This document shows positions 1 to 13,002 of a DNA stretch of 64,000 nucleotides, one piece after another. The DNA is from Flaccisagitta enflata. Lineage: Eukaryota. The stretch covers positions 19,034,001 through 19,098,000 of the forward strand of contig OZ231126.1 in NCBI GenBank assembly GCA_965153355.1. Reading direction: 5' to 3'. Below the pieces are notes generated by a model that ran no database searches, was not told the DNA's origin, and worked only from the letters and a program-made list of their open reading frames with translations. Both the position numbers and the translations under genes were made by a program. Positions within the stretch are counted from its first letter, which is position 1. The number at the start of each line of letters is the position of its first letter.

Positions 1-220
1 AATTTTACTAAAATCTAGCAATTTTTAAATGAAATAAAAGAGCTAGGCCTCAATAACTATTTACAAATAGCCAAAACATTTGTTTGAATTATCAAAACTT
101 ATCCCAATCTAGCATGTTTTCATTACTAATATAATTTCTTTTCTTTATGTGCATAATCATGAGATGTTCTAAACAAAAATGATGAAATTCTTACATGGAA
201 TGTTGATGGAACATGAAAAA

Positions 221-349
221 AACAAGGCCGAATACACGGCCACCAGTTGCGGACGGGTGGGCAGGGGCGGAAATGCGCGTTTTCCCACTTTTCAACTCGA
301 GCGTGACGGACCGACCAACCAACCGACCGACCAACCGACCAACGGACGG
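221..349 (-). mobile_element. HINE/DINE-like repeat family A, portion interrupted by the 350-3856 element (continues 3857-3903)
   Basis: AACAAGGCCGAATACACGGCC hairpin end, GGGTGGGCAGGGG block and (GACC/GACG)n microsatellite. The other half ends ...TAGAGTTGCGTGTCCGCAACTAAAAA like the intact copies. Confidence 0.7.
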
Positions 350-1141
350 CACGATTCGTAATTAATGGGAAATACATTTACAAACAGACCATCGTCCAAT
401 TCCTTTTCATTCCACCTCAAAATTGTGTGCTGAATGCCGGAAAACCGTCGCGAAATATTTTTAGCTGTAATATTTTCGTCCATCGCCCTCTCCACCCAAG
501 GTATTGAAGATGCAAATCAGTTTTGAGCATAAAGGAGTCACTCTGATGATTAATGTCTGTGGAGACCCTTAGAATTGATGTTAATGTATAAAATAATTAG
601 CTTTTGAACAATTTGGTTGTTTGGTCTGACAATTTCCAGTCCCTACTGGATATTATGCTGGAATGGGTCGTCAACTGCATCTTCTTTACTCTTGAAGGCG
701 CCTTGTCAGATTCTTTTGTTTTTTGCGTGAAAGTGATATAGTTCCATGGATAGGTATCTGTTTGCATGTTGTAATTGCCTGGATGAGCGCTTCAGATAAT
801 CGGTATGCTCCAGCACCTCGTCAACCGCTTCTTACAGGGTAATATAGGAGATCTTGTCCTCAAATCAGCTTCCCAGACCTCATATCTGCTCTCAAGACCT
901 CCAGGCTTCAAATCAGCTTTCAATTCCTCAAATCTGCCCTTTAGGCATCAAGCCTGACGCCTGACCTCAAAACTGCTCTTCAGGCCAAACCAGTCGCTCA
1001 AGGGCAATATGTGGTCAGCAATACCCCTTACCCTGCTTTTCATGATTGTGAATCTGAGTGGGGTTAGCAGGGAAGCGGCCTGTCCATCCATCCATGAACT
1101 GAGGGCTGAGGGGGCAAATTTAAAGCGTGAGAAGGTTTTTT

Positions 1142-1660
1142 GGGCAGCGGCCCCAAAGGGGATGAAGTCCTGTAGAACACAGGGGGAATATGTCCATCTG
1201 TCCATATATATGTGCGTCTGTCCATCCGTACGTCCGTCCGTACCCCCCTTGCCTCATCTTCAGGGCTTTGTCTCCTTTCGGGCCTATTCTGACCCAAATT
1301 CTGCAAAATAGCCCAAATCCTAGCATAATGGCTCAAATTCAAGCAAAATAGCCCAAATCTAGCTAGTAACCCCCAATTTTGGCCTGAGGTCCATCATTTT
1401 GGCCTCTCAGACCTATGTTGTGGCCTTTGATTCTGACCAGATTTGAGCCATTTTGCTTGGTTTTGGGCCATTTTGCTTAGATTTGGGCCATTTTGCTTAG
1501 ATTTGGGCCATATGGCTGATGGACGGACAGATGGACAGATTTCCCCTGTGTTCTACAGGACTTCGTCCCCTTTGGGGCCGCTGCCCTGCTCCCCCTCAAC
1601 TTAAATCACATGCTACTCAAGCAGGGCACGGGTACTGCTGACCATTTACTGCCTTTGGGT
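1142..1660. mobile_element. Family B repeat: ~50-bp inverted repeats GGGCAGCGGCCCC..AAGGGG..GAAGTCCTGTAGAACACAGGGG enclosing short tandem repeats, plus a one-sided extension
   Basis: IRs at 1142-~1190 and ~1540-1586, with internal ~20-bp GGCCCAAAT-type repeats in inverted arrangement. Related partial copies at ~1690-1993, 25790-25910, 33430-33677, 37683-38120, 44640-44900 and 47000-47320. Confidence 0.7.
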
Positions 1661-2223
1661 TGATTTGAAGCCTGAGTGGGCTCATTAGAGACCCAAGGCC
1701 TGATTTGAGGTCTGTTAGGGCTGAGTTGAGGTCTGTGAGAGCTGATTTGAGTCCTGTGAAGGCTGAGTTGAGGTATAAGAGGTCTGAAAGGCTGGATTTG
1801 AGGCCTGAGAGGGCTGACTTGAGGCCCTAGAGACCTGATTTGAGGCCTTATAGGTCTGATTTGAGGCCTGAGAGGCCTAATTTGAGGTCTGAGTTGCCAT
1901 GGGGGGGGGGGAACAAATTGAAGAACTATCAGATGAACAAACACACATCCCCCTGTGTTCTACAGGACTTTGTCCTCTTTGGTGCTGCTGCCCAAAAAAG
2001 GGGACCAACCAACCAACCAGCTGATGGACAGACATAGCAGGCTGTAGAGTCACGTAGCATGCGACTAAAAAACAAGTCCTCAAATCAGCCCTCCAGGCCT
2101 CAAATCAGCTTTCAAGACCTCAAATCTGCCCTTTGAGCCTCAGGCCTGCCGCCTGATCTTAAATCTGCTCTTCAGGCGCAAAAAATAGTCCTGGGCCCTG
2201 CCTTAGATGGTGAAGTTGGAGCA

Positions 2224-2646
2224 GGGCAGCGGCCCCAAAGGGGTCGATGACCTATGCTTTCACACAGGGGAATTTTCTCCTCTTCCTCCTCCTCCTCTGT
2301 CCTCCCCCCCCCCCACCTCCAGGCCCATATCTCAGCCTAGAAGCCCATATCCCAGCCTCAAGGCCCAAATCCCAGTCTTGAGGCCCAAATATCTCGAAGC
2401 CAGAATTTGGGCCCCAAAGAAGGATTTTGGCTTTAGAATGGGATTTGGGCCTCGAAATTGGGATTTGGACCTCAAGACTGGGATGTGGGCCTCAAGACTG
2501 GGATTTGGGCCTTGACGCTGGGATATGGGCTTCTAGGCTGAGATATGGGCCTGGAGGTGGGGGGGTGCAGAGAAGGAGAAGGAGGAGGAGGAGAAAATTC
2601 CCCTGTGTGAAAGCATAGGTCATCAACCCCTTCGGGGCAGCTGCCC
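2224..2646. mobile_element. Family C repeat: IRs GGGCAGCGGCCCC..AGGGGTCGATGACCTATGCTTTCACA with inverted arrays of a 20-bp unit (GGCTGGGATTTGGGCCTCAA)
   Basis: Left IR at 2224, right IR ending 2646 followed by AAAA. Other copies at ~38960-39440, 56944-57190, 58900-59180 and 60740-61177. It shares its outer ~20 bp with family B. Confidence 0.7.
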
Positions 2647-4720
2647 AAAAAGATGACCAACTAACCAACCAACTAATGGACAGACGGACAGATGGACAGA
2701 CATAGCAAGTTGACGAGTCACGTAGCATGTGAGCAAAAAAAAAAAGGCCAGATACAGGGGTCATTAGACCACTTGGGCATGAGCAGAGAGGGCAAAGAAT
2801 GTAAATCATAAAAAGATGTAAAATGTGATCAGCTTAGCATGCGACTAAAAAGTGCCATGTTCTGGTTTTTGGGCTGCGGCTCCAAAGGGTTCAAAGTCTT
2901 GTGGAACACTGTGGAACACAGGGGGAATATTGTTTGTCCATCAGTTTGTCTGTCTGTCCCACCCCATTGGGCCTCTTACCCTGCAATCAAAAGCAACTGA
3001 TACCAGAAAAACCTTTATGGTGCCTAAGGTATTCATTTTGAGAAATTGTACTGATTTTGTCAGAAAGCACATCATTTGTTCATGCAAAATTTCAAAGCGC
3101 TGGCTTAAGCAATTTAGCTTCCATCTAGTTTTTAAATTTGATAAATTTGATAAAGTTTTAAAAATTTTTACTCTAAAATCGTGTTTTTGATTGACTATAC
3201 ATCAATATATCCTTTAAATTTTCACATGGATTGACTAGAAACCCCCAGATTGTTCATGATTGGGAGGTAATTGACCCTTTTTTTGCAAAACTTTTGATTT
3301 CTTAATATTTTTGTGGAGATTCAGAATGTGAATGACATGTGATGTGACACAAAACCTGCTCAAACAGAAACAATCCATTTATACTTGTATAGGGGCCATT
3401 TATTACTACCCCTGCCCACCAGCACACAATTTGGATAGCCATGTATCCAGCCAGATTTGCTGAAGAAAAAAAAACAGAAGGGACTCATGATTTTGGTCAT
3501 ATTTTGCCATTTTGGCCATTTTGGGCCCTTAAGGGGCCCCTGAAGGACCCTTCACGGGCCCTCAACCTGAATATATCCATGATCCATCTTTAATTTTTAA
3601 ATATCTTTCAAACAAGACCAACACCAAGTTTTTTTTTTCCAACCCGTTTAAAAATAATAAAGAAAATAAAGTAAACAATTATTTCCTATTTCTATCATCA
3701 AGAAGGCTGTAAAGATCAGCAGACTGACGAAAATATTACAGCTGAAAATATTTCGCGACGGTTTTCCGGCATTCAGCACACAATTTTGGGTCGGAATGAC
3801 CAAGAATTGGACGATGGTATGTTTGTATATGTACTTCCCATTAATTACGAATCGTGACGGACGGACAAAGCCTCTTATAGAGTTGCGTGTCCGCAACTAA
3901 AAATGAAAAACTACACACAAAAATTATGAATACAGCGAAGCAAGCTTTTTTTCATAAATCTGGTGTAATCTCCTTCAAAAAATCTTTGATTTGAGACCAA
4001 TCCCAGCATTCTAGCTCAAAGCGTTCAAAAGTTACAGAGGTTTAAAGTGAGACTCCTCCATTCATGTCTGAAAGGAAAAGCTGAAATGCCTCAAATGATG
4101 TTACACTTAAAAATGATGTAAAGGCTAAACCAGTGGAAAAAAAGTGCTGAAATTTTGCATGGAAAAACCGCCGTAAATATGCTTTCAGATAGAAAAAATC
4201 CGAATTTTGAAATATGAATCATTTTGACACAATACATCTTTTGCTGGTATCAGTTGCTTTTGAAGACAGGGTACTTTTTGAAAAAAATCAGAGATGAATC
4301 TGTTATGGGGAGCGCATATATCAACAAGCAAGTTAAAGCATTGTTTTAGAAGATTTAGTACATCACTTTGGATTTTTGCATCAGCCAACATATGAGTGTC
4401 CTATTACGTCTCAATTTTACTCCAGATGATAATGTTGTGCCTAAAATTAAGAGTCTGGAGCAGGAAGAACCGATGGTTTCATATGAGAAACTGAAAAGTG
4501 TCACTAAGCCAAATGGAAGTGTTCAAAGCCTAGGCGGGACATCAGATGAGGTACTAAAAAAAAACATTCTTCACCCTCTTGATATTCATTCTGTAAATAA
4601 ACTTCCTGCTCCAGTGAACGTAGTCTGTTTTCCTAGGTGGTAGAAACCAGGCCAGTTTTAATAACGCCATGTATTGGTGTAGGCGAATAAAATCCTTTTT
4701 TTTTTAAATTTGAACTTAAG

Positions 4721-6205
4721 TGTATGGTTGGGAGCATCGGACACTGAGATAGAAGGGGAATGGTACTGGATGGATGAAAACGATGCAAAACACAATGCTT
4801 CTTCCATTCAATGGAACAAAGATCGAAAACAACCAGATGGCGACAAGAGGGAAAATTGTCTGATGCTGAGAATGTTTGGTTCAAATGCTAAATTGCACGA
4901 CGGAAATTGCGAAGATAAACGAAAGTTCTTGTGTCAACGTCTACAAAGAGGTGACAACTGACCATTCTGACAGGATTTGGCGTTGAAAAAAAAGGTTTTG
5001 TTTAACAATACAGTGACAGCTCTGATCAGAAAAGCTAGTCTTTTGTGCAGGGCATTCTGTAAAAGTATTCAAGGAAATGTTTTGGGTTTTTTTCATTTAC
5101 TCCGCTCCCTTGTACAATCAGAGTAAAATTCTCTGGCCAAGTTGTCAGGCACCTAACATTCTGTCTATTAATACATCAATGATCTATGTGCTCAAAGAAA
5201 AGTAACTACTTTCAATCTTTTTGAACACCCGTCATTTGAGAAAAATGTGCGCAAAAAAAAATCAGTTTGATTAATATGATAAGAAAAAGAAAACAAGCAA
5301 TTAAATGTAACTAATGAAAAAAATTGGATAAGTAAAAGATTGAGAAAAAAAAGAACCAAAAAAAATAAGTCGGGTCTGTAGGCAAAACTGAATTTCAGGT
5401 TTGGCCTCAAAACCGAGCCTCGGCCTTCTCACGGCCAGACCCGCAAGGCCTTACTCGGGATGGAATTTGACCATCGAGGCTTTTGCCCTAAGATGTCAAA
5501 TTGGATCCGAGACGAAATTTTGAGCTAGCTCCAAGGCTGGAATTTACGTAGGTCCGTTGGAGGGTTTGAAGAAGAAGAAAGATTCTCTGCTTCCATCATG
5601 GAATTCAGTTATAAATAGCTAAATCTCGTCTTTGATCAACTGACTATTTTCAGGGCCATGTGGTGGGAATGGCAAAATCAAATTGGGCTTGTTTGAGCAA
5701 CATGGAGATGACCAGCAGCAATTGGAATCTTATGAAATCCTACGGTGAAACATATTGTCAACTAGGGGTTAAGGAAAACAAGGCCGGAAACACGGCTACC
5801 CAAGTCGCTTGCGGGTGGGCAGGGGCCATATTTGAGGTCACACTATCATTTAGGCAAGAGCAGTAAGGCCAAAGACCGCCAAAAAAAAAAAAACGAACAA
5901 AAAAAGTAAAGTGTGACCGCTGGAGGGACCTACGGTTGAGGGAAAAAAAGCACAATGAATCTTTGTCGCGCGATATTTTTCTATATTACGATCATTCTTT
6001 TGATAATCCATTCATAGCATTACTCGATCACTCGTTTGATAGGCTACGTTTTCATTTCCGTTTCAGAGCGGCATATGACCATTTCCAATCCGATGGTAAA
6101 GAAGCCAATGAAAATTGCGACAAAATGGAAGTAAAATCTGCCACTTCCGGTAATGACGTCATCTTCACAGTTTCCTCTGGTAGTGGAAGTGGTGGGAATC
6201 ATTAA
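4721..6205 (+). CDS. C-type lectin paralogue 1, partial (exons 3-5: 4721-4950, 5654-5744, 6067-6205); CTLD with QPD motif plus unknown C-terminal domain
   Basis: Exon 3 reads VWLGASDTEIEGEWYWMD...IQWNKDRKQPDGDKRENCL...LHDGNCEDKRKFLCQR (CTLD motifs WLG, QPD, ENC, FLC). AG/GT boundaries keep frame into GPCGGNGKIKLGLF... and AAYDHFQSDG...NENCDKM...*, which match the other three paralogues. Exons 1-2 were not found in the window. Confidence 0.85.
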
Positions 6206-7730
6206 CCAACAATTGGTCCAACATAGATGGCTCAAACCATTTTCATTAGTTGCGGACACGCAATTCTATAAGAGGCTTTGTCCGTCTGTCTGCCTGTTGG
6301 TCTGTGATGATCTAGCCGAATAGCGTGGAAACGCGCATTTATTACGCCGCAGTCATAATTGTCCGTGTGTGTGAGTGAGCTTGGGGTGGGGATGGCATGA
6401 ATGGGGTTGTATATGCTCCAGCCCAATCGTCCGCAACATTATTTTTACCCCGCGTCACTCGTTCATGGGGGAAACAGTGTGTCCCCATTATTGCGAATTT
6501 TATTTCTCTCTTTTCTCAAATCTAAGTGGCTTGAATTAAACATCTAAAGCATCGTGTCCTAGACTTGATTTTATTATCAAAAGCACTTTATTGTGTATCA
6601 CATGATTATAACCGAAACTCGACCTCGCTAGTCAGGTCATGAAACCGGTCAGCTAGCATCTTAGAAGACCACCTGCGAAGAGAGGAGGGTTGGCCTTCCG
6701 GTGGTCCTACGTCCCCAGTTCTCCGCCCCGGCCCTAGCTCCTCGCGATGCTCAACCTAAATCCCGCGATGCCTCAGCTATGGCTCCCTGCGGTGCCTTAG
6801 CGATGGCTCCCTGCGATGCCACCGGTGAGGTTCTTTTCAGTAGCGTTCTACGCGAAACTGTGACTCGGAATTTCAGCCCGTCGGTTGGCCAATTTGCTTT
6901 ATAAGGAGAAAATCATCGTTTTACAAGTCTTCCAGTGTCAGATAGTGATAAAAAGAGTTAGAAACTGTGAAAAAGTGATAAAGAGTAACAAAAACTGCTT
7001 GAAAAATAGCTTGGAATTATCAAAAGTGGATTGGTACAAACAACGTTAAAAACGTTTGTCTAAAGCCATTTTAGTCTCGCACTCGGTGCTGGCCTTGTTT
7101 TTTATCCCTCCTCAACGTTTTTCTCCTCGTCGAGGCGATCGAAGGTTGACAAATGACGAGTCTAGGTCGAAGTAAGTCTCGAGTGCCGCATAAAGTAGAA
7201 AATGACCAGACGCGAGATAATCATTAAAAAGATAAAAGAGAGTCCGGCAGTGTAATGCGCACACTCCGTTGAAATTGATTATCTCAGCTCATCTGATAGC
7301 TACAGTGATGAAATCACCATTTCAGCAGGGGCATTGAGCAACAATGTAAAAAAATGTCTTTTTAAACATTATCACCCATCAACCAATAGCCACCCAACCA
7401 ACACTAATTGAGTTCACATTCATGAGACTAATATCATTTGAAGGAAAAGGTATCAACAATATCAAGGTCGGATACATGTCTACCAAAGTCAGGTGCAGGA
7501 GGGCTGGGGCAGGCTAACCAAGCGTTTGGGCAGGGGCAGTAACGCAAAAACTGCCTGTAACCGCCAATAAAGTTAATTGACTACAATTGTCTTGCAACAG
7601 GTCGATCCTCATCCCTCAGTGAGTCGGCGGTAATGCTTTCGATGACGGAAAGTACGAGTGACAGGAGCAAACTGGAGATTATCCATTGACTTAGTGTCAT
7701 CACTCGTCATTCCATGATGACCAGTAGTGG

Positions 7731-7734
<4 letters not shown>

Positions 7735-7821
<87 letters not shown>

Positions 7822-7870
7822 GACAGACAGACAGAGACAGACAGAGACAGACAGAGACAGACAGACAGAC

Positions 7871-7903
<33 letters not shown>

Positions 7904-7971
7904 GACAGAGACAGAGACAGAGACAGACAGAGACAGAGAAGAGCTAAAAGATGTTTGAAAAAATCAAAGAC

Positions 7972-8018
<47 letters not shown>

Positions 8019-8046
8019 CACGCACGCACGCACGCACGCACACACA

Positions 8047-8100
<54 letters not shown>

Positions 8101-8110
8101 CGCACGCGCA
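7735..8110. repeat. Compound microsatellite (GA)n-(GACA)n-(GA)n-(CA)n
   Basis: Read directly; it produces the spurious RERE/THTH/SLSL ORFs. Confidence 0.95.
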
Positions 8111-8582
8111 CGTGGAATTGATTGGATTAATTTGAGCAGAAAAGGTTTTAATAGTCTGAAGAAGCCTTCTATAGATCCGAATCCAGGGACATAGTGGCTG
8201 TAGCTTCCATACAACCACGCTCCCATACTACCAGAAATGTCTTGCAATAATGTCTCGCACTGATCGCAAGTTGCGATTTGATACCATGGCAGTCCACAGC
8301 CATTATTTTGCCCTCTTTTATTGAACATACGTATCTGAAACTTCATAAAAGAGGAGACAATAGCTAATGGAAAGATAATGGCTCAACTGGAAAACGTCTT
8401 GTATTACCTACCAATGTTTTTTCAGTCGCAACCAAAATTGAGGCTCATATTTCAGCAGTGTTATGATTTGTTTTACCATGGCAACCTCAAATCTCCGCAA
8501 CGGAGTGTATTGATTTTCCAATGCCCACTGCCCAGTCAAAATCTCATTCGTGGTTTAGTGGCTTTCATCACCGACGGAAGTA

Positions 8583-11500
8583 ATGATCATGATATTACCA
8601 AGATCAGTGGTCATCTGCAGCGTGGTGTTGATTTACTGTTCAGCGTTTGTCGTCGCCATTGCACATTGGGGTAACAGCACCAACGAATTTGCCATAAAAT
8701 TATGCTGCTTTCGTGTGCTTGAATTCAAGATTTGCCCTAGCGGGAAAAAACAAGTGAACGGTATAGACTTCGCTAACATCACCCTACTTTCATGTTAAAG
8801 CAACTTCTTCCTCAAAGAGTTTTTCAGTTTTCAAAATATTCATATCAATCAACTGTAGAAACAAGATGTTTCACCTCATCAAAACTGCTATTCGCTAAAC
8901 AACTGTAAATTTCTATACCTTATCCATGCAATATTTTTCTTATTGGTTCCCTACAAAGAAAATTTCAAACAAGCGGACGATGGAAATTTTTATCATCTTC
9001 ATGATTACAAGATGAAATGGGAAGAGGCAAGAGCCCTTTGCAAACAAGAGCAGAAAGGATCAAGACTCGCCATCATTGAAGATGAAATTTCTCGTGAAGC
9101 TATAAAGAACATCGTTGGCATTCCTAGCAAACAGTGAGAAGCCGTTGTAATGAGGTCAAACAGGGCCAAGTTATGTGCGGGTGGGAAGGGGCAGTGATGT
9201 GAAAAACTGACTAAACATTTGGGCTGGGGCAGTGGTGTGAAAACCGCTCATGAATACCAAAAAAACAGTGTTATTGACCGACCAATGGACCAACGCAATG
9301 GACAGAGGGATGGATGGACGGTCTGACCGACGGACATAGGGGGTTAAAGATTCGCGTTGACGCGACTGAAAAAGATTTTTGAAAAGGTAACTTCATCAGT
9401 CACAAAGCAGCGCAGTGCGTAAAATGTCCTACTTTCCTATTTCGACTTTTCAAGGGTATTCTTAGGAGCATCGGACACGGACAGTGAAGGAGAATGGTAC
9501 TGGATGGATGAAAATGATGCAAAGCTGAATGGTTCCTCTATTCAATGGGGCGCTGGAATGCCAAGAAGGGAGGAAAAGCAGGACTGTTTGGTGCTGAGTG
9601 AACAGTCACAACTGATTACAGGACAGTGCACTTGGAAGAGAATATTTTTGTGTCAACGTCAGCAAACCAGTAAGTAAAGTGCATATCGATGATCAGTGTC
9701 GCGTTTAAAGGATATGACTCACTTCCACTTAACACTAGAAAAATATACTTATAAACGAGGTTTAAGAATGAAGATAGCGTCACAGGTTAGCATTGTTTTC
9801 TTTCTTGTACTCAAATGTTTCAGCCAAATTCCCAATCAAGTAGTGCATCTTCCTCTTTTTTGGAAAACAAATCATTTATCATTAAAAGTTCTTACCCTTT
9901 TTTCAGTATTCTTTTGAAGATATGTGGTTTCTAGTTGCGGACACGCGACTGTACAGTATGATTGTTCTGAACTGTAACACATTTGTTGCACATTTCGTAA
10001 GATGAGGGCATAGTGCAAAAACTAGAAGGGCTAGCCAAATTCTGAAAAAAAAACTCTCGGAAAATAAGAGTTTGCAGATTATTGCTGGAAAATTCCATGG
10101 ATTTTCTAGAAAAATATCGATTCTCTTGCATCTTTTTAACTTGAGATCAAAATATGCAAAGTGAAAAAATTGAAGAGAGGTTGGCTGAACTAGTTTTCTT
10201 TAAATGGCTCTCATTCTTAAACGGGTTGAGCTACAAATTCCAGATTGGTCTCAAATGAAAGATTTTTAAAAACAGTTTTTGAGGAAAGCTCAAGAGCATC
10301 TGAAATAATGAACCTCACTCTTTTAATTATTTTATTTACCTTTGAGTAATTTCTTTTCCTGCTTTGGCTGATTAAAATACTTGTCTGAATGGGTTATCCA
10401 ATAAGGATTCCAGTAGAATATTTTTTTCTCTTCTCAGCCCAAGGAGATAAGACTTTTCTAGTTTTCAATCAAGAAAAAAATGATCTTGAAAAAAAAATCG
10501 AATCTAGCTAATACTAAGACAATATAAGCTTCACCTAAGCAACGAGTGTTCTGAGAATTCTCCTATGATTTGCTTTATTTGAGTCTTGATTGGATTTGGT
10601 GAACTGAAAGTCAATTCTGCATAAAAGTTTTCTTGAAAAGACAATATCATTTATGTTTTGCTCGATAAATCTTAAACAAGGCCGGATACACGGCTACCCT
10701 AGTCGCGTGTGGGTGGGCAGGAGCAGTGCTGGAGAAGGTCACCAAAACATTTGGGCAGGAGCAGTAGGCTCAAAAAGCTGAAAAACGCCGAAAAAGTAAA
10801 AAGGGGACCGACCAACCGACCAACCGACCGACCGACTGACCGACGGACCGACATAGGGTGTAGAGTCGCGTAGCACGCGACTAAAAATGCCTTTTTCTGA
10901 TTTTACCGCCTAAAACTACATCAAAATATCTTTCATTTGAGACTAATCTGGGATCAGTAGCTCTAACCGTTCAGAAATGAGAGCGAAAGGAGGGCAGTTC
11001 CTTTTAGTCATAATAAAATCACCCTTTTTTGCAGAAATTACCCTCCACTTCATGATGTGTTAATTGGATCAAATTCTATGAAAAAATCCTTGGAGTTTTC
11101 TTACAAAAATCTGCTAACCCATATCTCCCAAGGATTATTTTCAGAATTTGGCTAGCCCTTTCAGTTTTTGCTTTATGTCCTCATCTAATGTTACAGTTCA
11201 GAACAATCATACTGTAGAACTTGCCGTGTCAGTCAATTGGTCCGTCCGTTGGTATATCGGACTGTCAGTCGATCCGTTGGTCCGTCCATAACCATAAACA
11301 GAATGTGAGCGTTTTCTTGCTATTCCACTCTTACCCACCCATCCACGACTGGGGGGGGAGAGTATAGTATACGGCCTTGTTTTTTATAGTATACGGACTT
11401 GTTTTTCATGGATGTGGAAAGAGAAATGCGGTGAGCAGACACATTCTAATTCATGAATGACGTCACTTGATAATGTGGTGGTTTTTAGGAGCCTCTGATA

Positions 11501-12393
11501 CTCGCGCTTCTACTGATACGATAATTATTCCAGTACCCATATCATCAATTGATCAGCCTGCATATTTTCATCGATTACGCCTCTCAGGACCATGCGGTGG
11601 AAATGGCAAAATCAAAACCGGCTTGTTTGAGAAGAATGGAAACAACAATCGTCAATCGGAGACAGTTGATGTCTTCAGGTACAACAATAAGGTCAAGATG
11701 GTCAATATGTGCGTTCGTCATTTTTCAGAACATGACCAATGGACCGACTAACATGACCACATACCTTTTACGCATATGCAATTGATTATGCATGTTGTAC
11801 AAAAACAAGCCTGATCGGGCAACAATGCGTCCTGAATGTTTCTCTGCGGGTATTGACTTTGACGCTAGACATATGAGATATATTGAGGCCCTCAATTTGG
11901 AAACAGATTGACGGGCATATAGATAAAAAGACTGAGTATCAAAAAAGGCTCTCAAAACACCCTAGAGAAAGTTTGGTTTGCAGCTAAAAGGGGCCGAAAG
12001 CTGCAATTTTTGAAGAGGTGTAATGGAACTAACAATGGATGGACAAATGGATGGTCACACGCCGCTTTGTCCGTCTGTTGATTGATCCCCTATTTGCTTT
12101 TTCGGCGTTTTTGAGCTTTTTGTGCTCACTGCTTCTCCCCAAATGCCCTAGTGACCTTTTCTATCACTGCTATTGCCCACCCGCATGTGACTGGGGTAGT
12201 AATGTATCCAACCTTGTTCTAGCTAAGGGTACTCAACCAATTTCATTTCCCCATTTACAGAACGGCATATGATCATCTTCGCTCTAATGGAAGCCTGGTG
12301 AACGAGAATTGCGACAAAATGAATGTGAAATCCATTAAATCGGAAAATAAAGTTGACTTCAGATTAATCATTTCTCAGGAGGGCGAACGCTAA
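8583..12393 (+). CDS. Secreted C-type lectin paralogue 2 (exons 8583-8670, 8959-9133, 9455-9669, 11588-11678, 12261-12393; 233 aa)
   Basis: Hydrophobic signal-like exon MIMILPRSVVICSVVLIYCSAFVVAIAHW. Exon 2 ENFKQADDGNFY..KWEEARALC..GSRLAII. Exon 3 VFLGASDTDSEGEWYW..WGAGMPRR..QDCL..C..IFLCQR. Exons sum to 702 nt in one open frame with canonical GT-AG junctions, phases 1,2,1,2. Confidence 0.9.
9954..11214. mobile_element. Tc1/mariner-type MITE (TA TSD; TIR CAGTATGATTGTTCTGAACTGTAACA) in intron 3 of lectin 2
   Basis: TA|CAGTATGATTGTTCTGAACTGTAACA ... TGTTACAGTTCAGAACAATCATACTG|TA, with further subterminal IR. It is inserted into a HINE copy and itself contains a HINE at 10675-10887. Confidence 0.8.
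10675..10887 (-). mobile_element. HINE/DINE-like family A, intact copy
   Basis: AACAAGGCCGGATACACGGC ... (GACC)n ... AGTCGCGTAGCACGCGACTAAAAA: hairpins at both ends, internal tetranucleotide microsatellite, A/T-run ends, no clear TSD. Confidence 0.75.
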
Positions 12394-12760
12394 TCAGAAT
12401 TTAACAGCTCTTGATGGGTCTCAGCAGGGGAGAGGGAGGAGGGGACTTTGACATCAATCAAGTAATGAAAATGAAGAGGAACGACGAATGGATGAAATAG
12501 AAGTCAAATTCCGTATGCGTTTGATTTGTACTCTGTCAATTTCTTTAAAATATGCATCATGAGGCCCAGATCTCATGGTGGCTGGTTTTTTATCCTTGCT
12601 GTTGTCGGTGAGCGAGTCGAGTTAAGCGAATAAGGGTTAAGCGAAAAAGAGTAAAGCGAAAAAGGGCCGTAAGATAGCGAAAGGGGGTCCGTTTCTTTCT
12701 TTCCTCTGTACTACGCTGGTCAAGATCCCTTTCTAAAAGGAGGTTAAAGGAAACTGGTAC

Positions 12761-13002
12761 TTTTTAGTCACGTGCTACGCGACTCTACGCCCCGCTTTGT
12801 CGGTCCGTCGGTCCGTCCGTCGCGCCGTCCGTCGCTCCGTCCATCGCTCCGTCTGTCGGTCCGTCCGTCCGTCCGTCACACTTTACTTTCTCGGCGTATG
12901 GGTTTTTTGCTATACCGCTCTTGCCCAAATGCTCCACTGACCTCAAATATGGCCCCTGCCCACCCGCACGCGACTGGGGTAGCCGTTTATCTGGCCTTGT
13001 TT
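12761..13002 (+). mobile_element. HINE/DINE-like family A, intact copy ~300 bp upstream of lectin 3
   Basis: TTTTTAGTCACGTGCTACGCGACTCTA...(GTCC)n...CCCCTGCCCACCCGCACGCGACTGGGGTAGCCGTTTATCTGGCCTTGTTT. Further copies at ~5777-5935, 6244-6465, 17980-18170, 20380-20505, 21547-21762 and 36530-36750. Confidence 0.75.

Larger units (their letters stand above)
350..3856. mobile_element. Non-autonomous DNA transposon with ~130-bp TIRs (CACGATTCGTAATT...AATTACGAATCGTG), Chapaev/CMC-like; carries nested repeats
   Basis: 350-482 is the diverged reverse complement of ~3725-3856. Both ends are flanked by ACGG (ACGGACGG, so TSD 4 or 8 bp). It splits a HINE-like repeat whose halves lie at 221-349 and 3857-3903. 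No transposase ORF recognised. Confidence 0.7.

Noticed and set aside
2979-4271. TA-flanked inverted pair CCCTGCAATCAAAAGCAACTGATACCAG / CTGGTATCAGTTGCTTTTGAAGACAGGG as one element
   Set aside because: It would interleave with the TSD-supported 350-3856 element; more simply two separate ends of one family.
4426-4550. Exon-like segment (AG..GT) reading DDNVVPKIKSLEQEEPMV...GGTSDE upstream of lectin 1 exon 3
   Set aside because: It ends in phase 0 whereas exon 3 needs phase 2, and it shows no similarity to paralogue exon 2.
7609-8346. 245-aa minus-strand ORF and the many RERE/SLSL/CVCV/poly-L ORFs elsewhere in the ORF track
   Set aside because: They are open only because they run through stop-free microsatellites; no domain signal.
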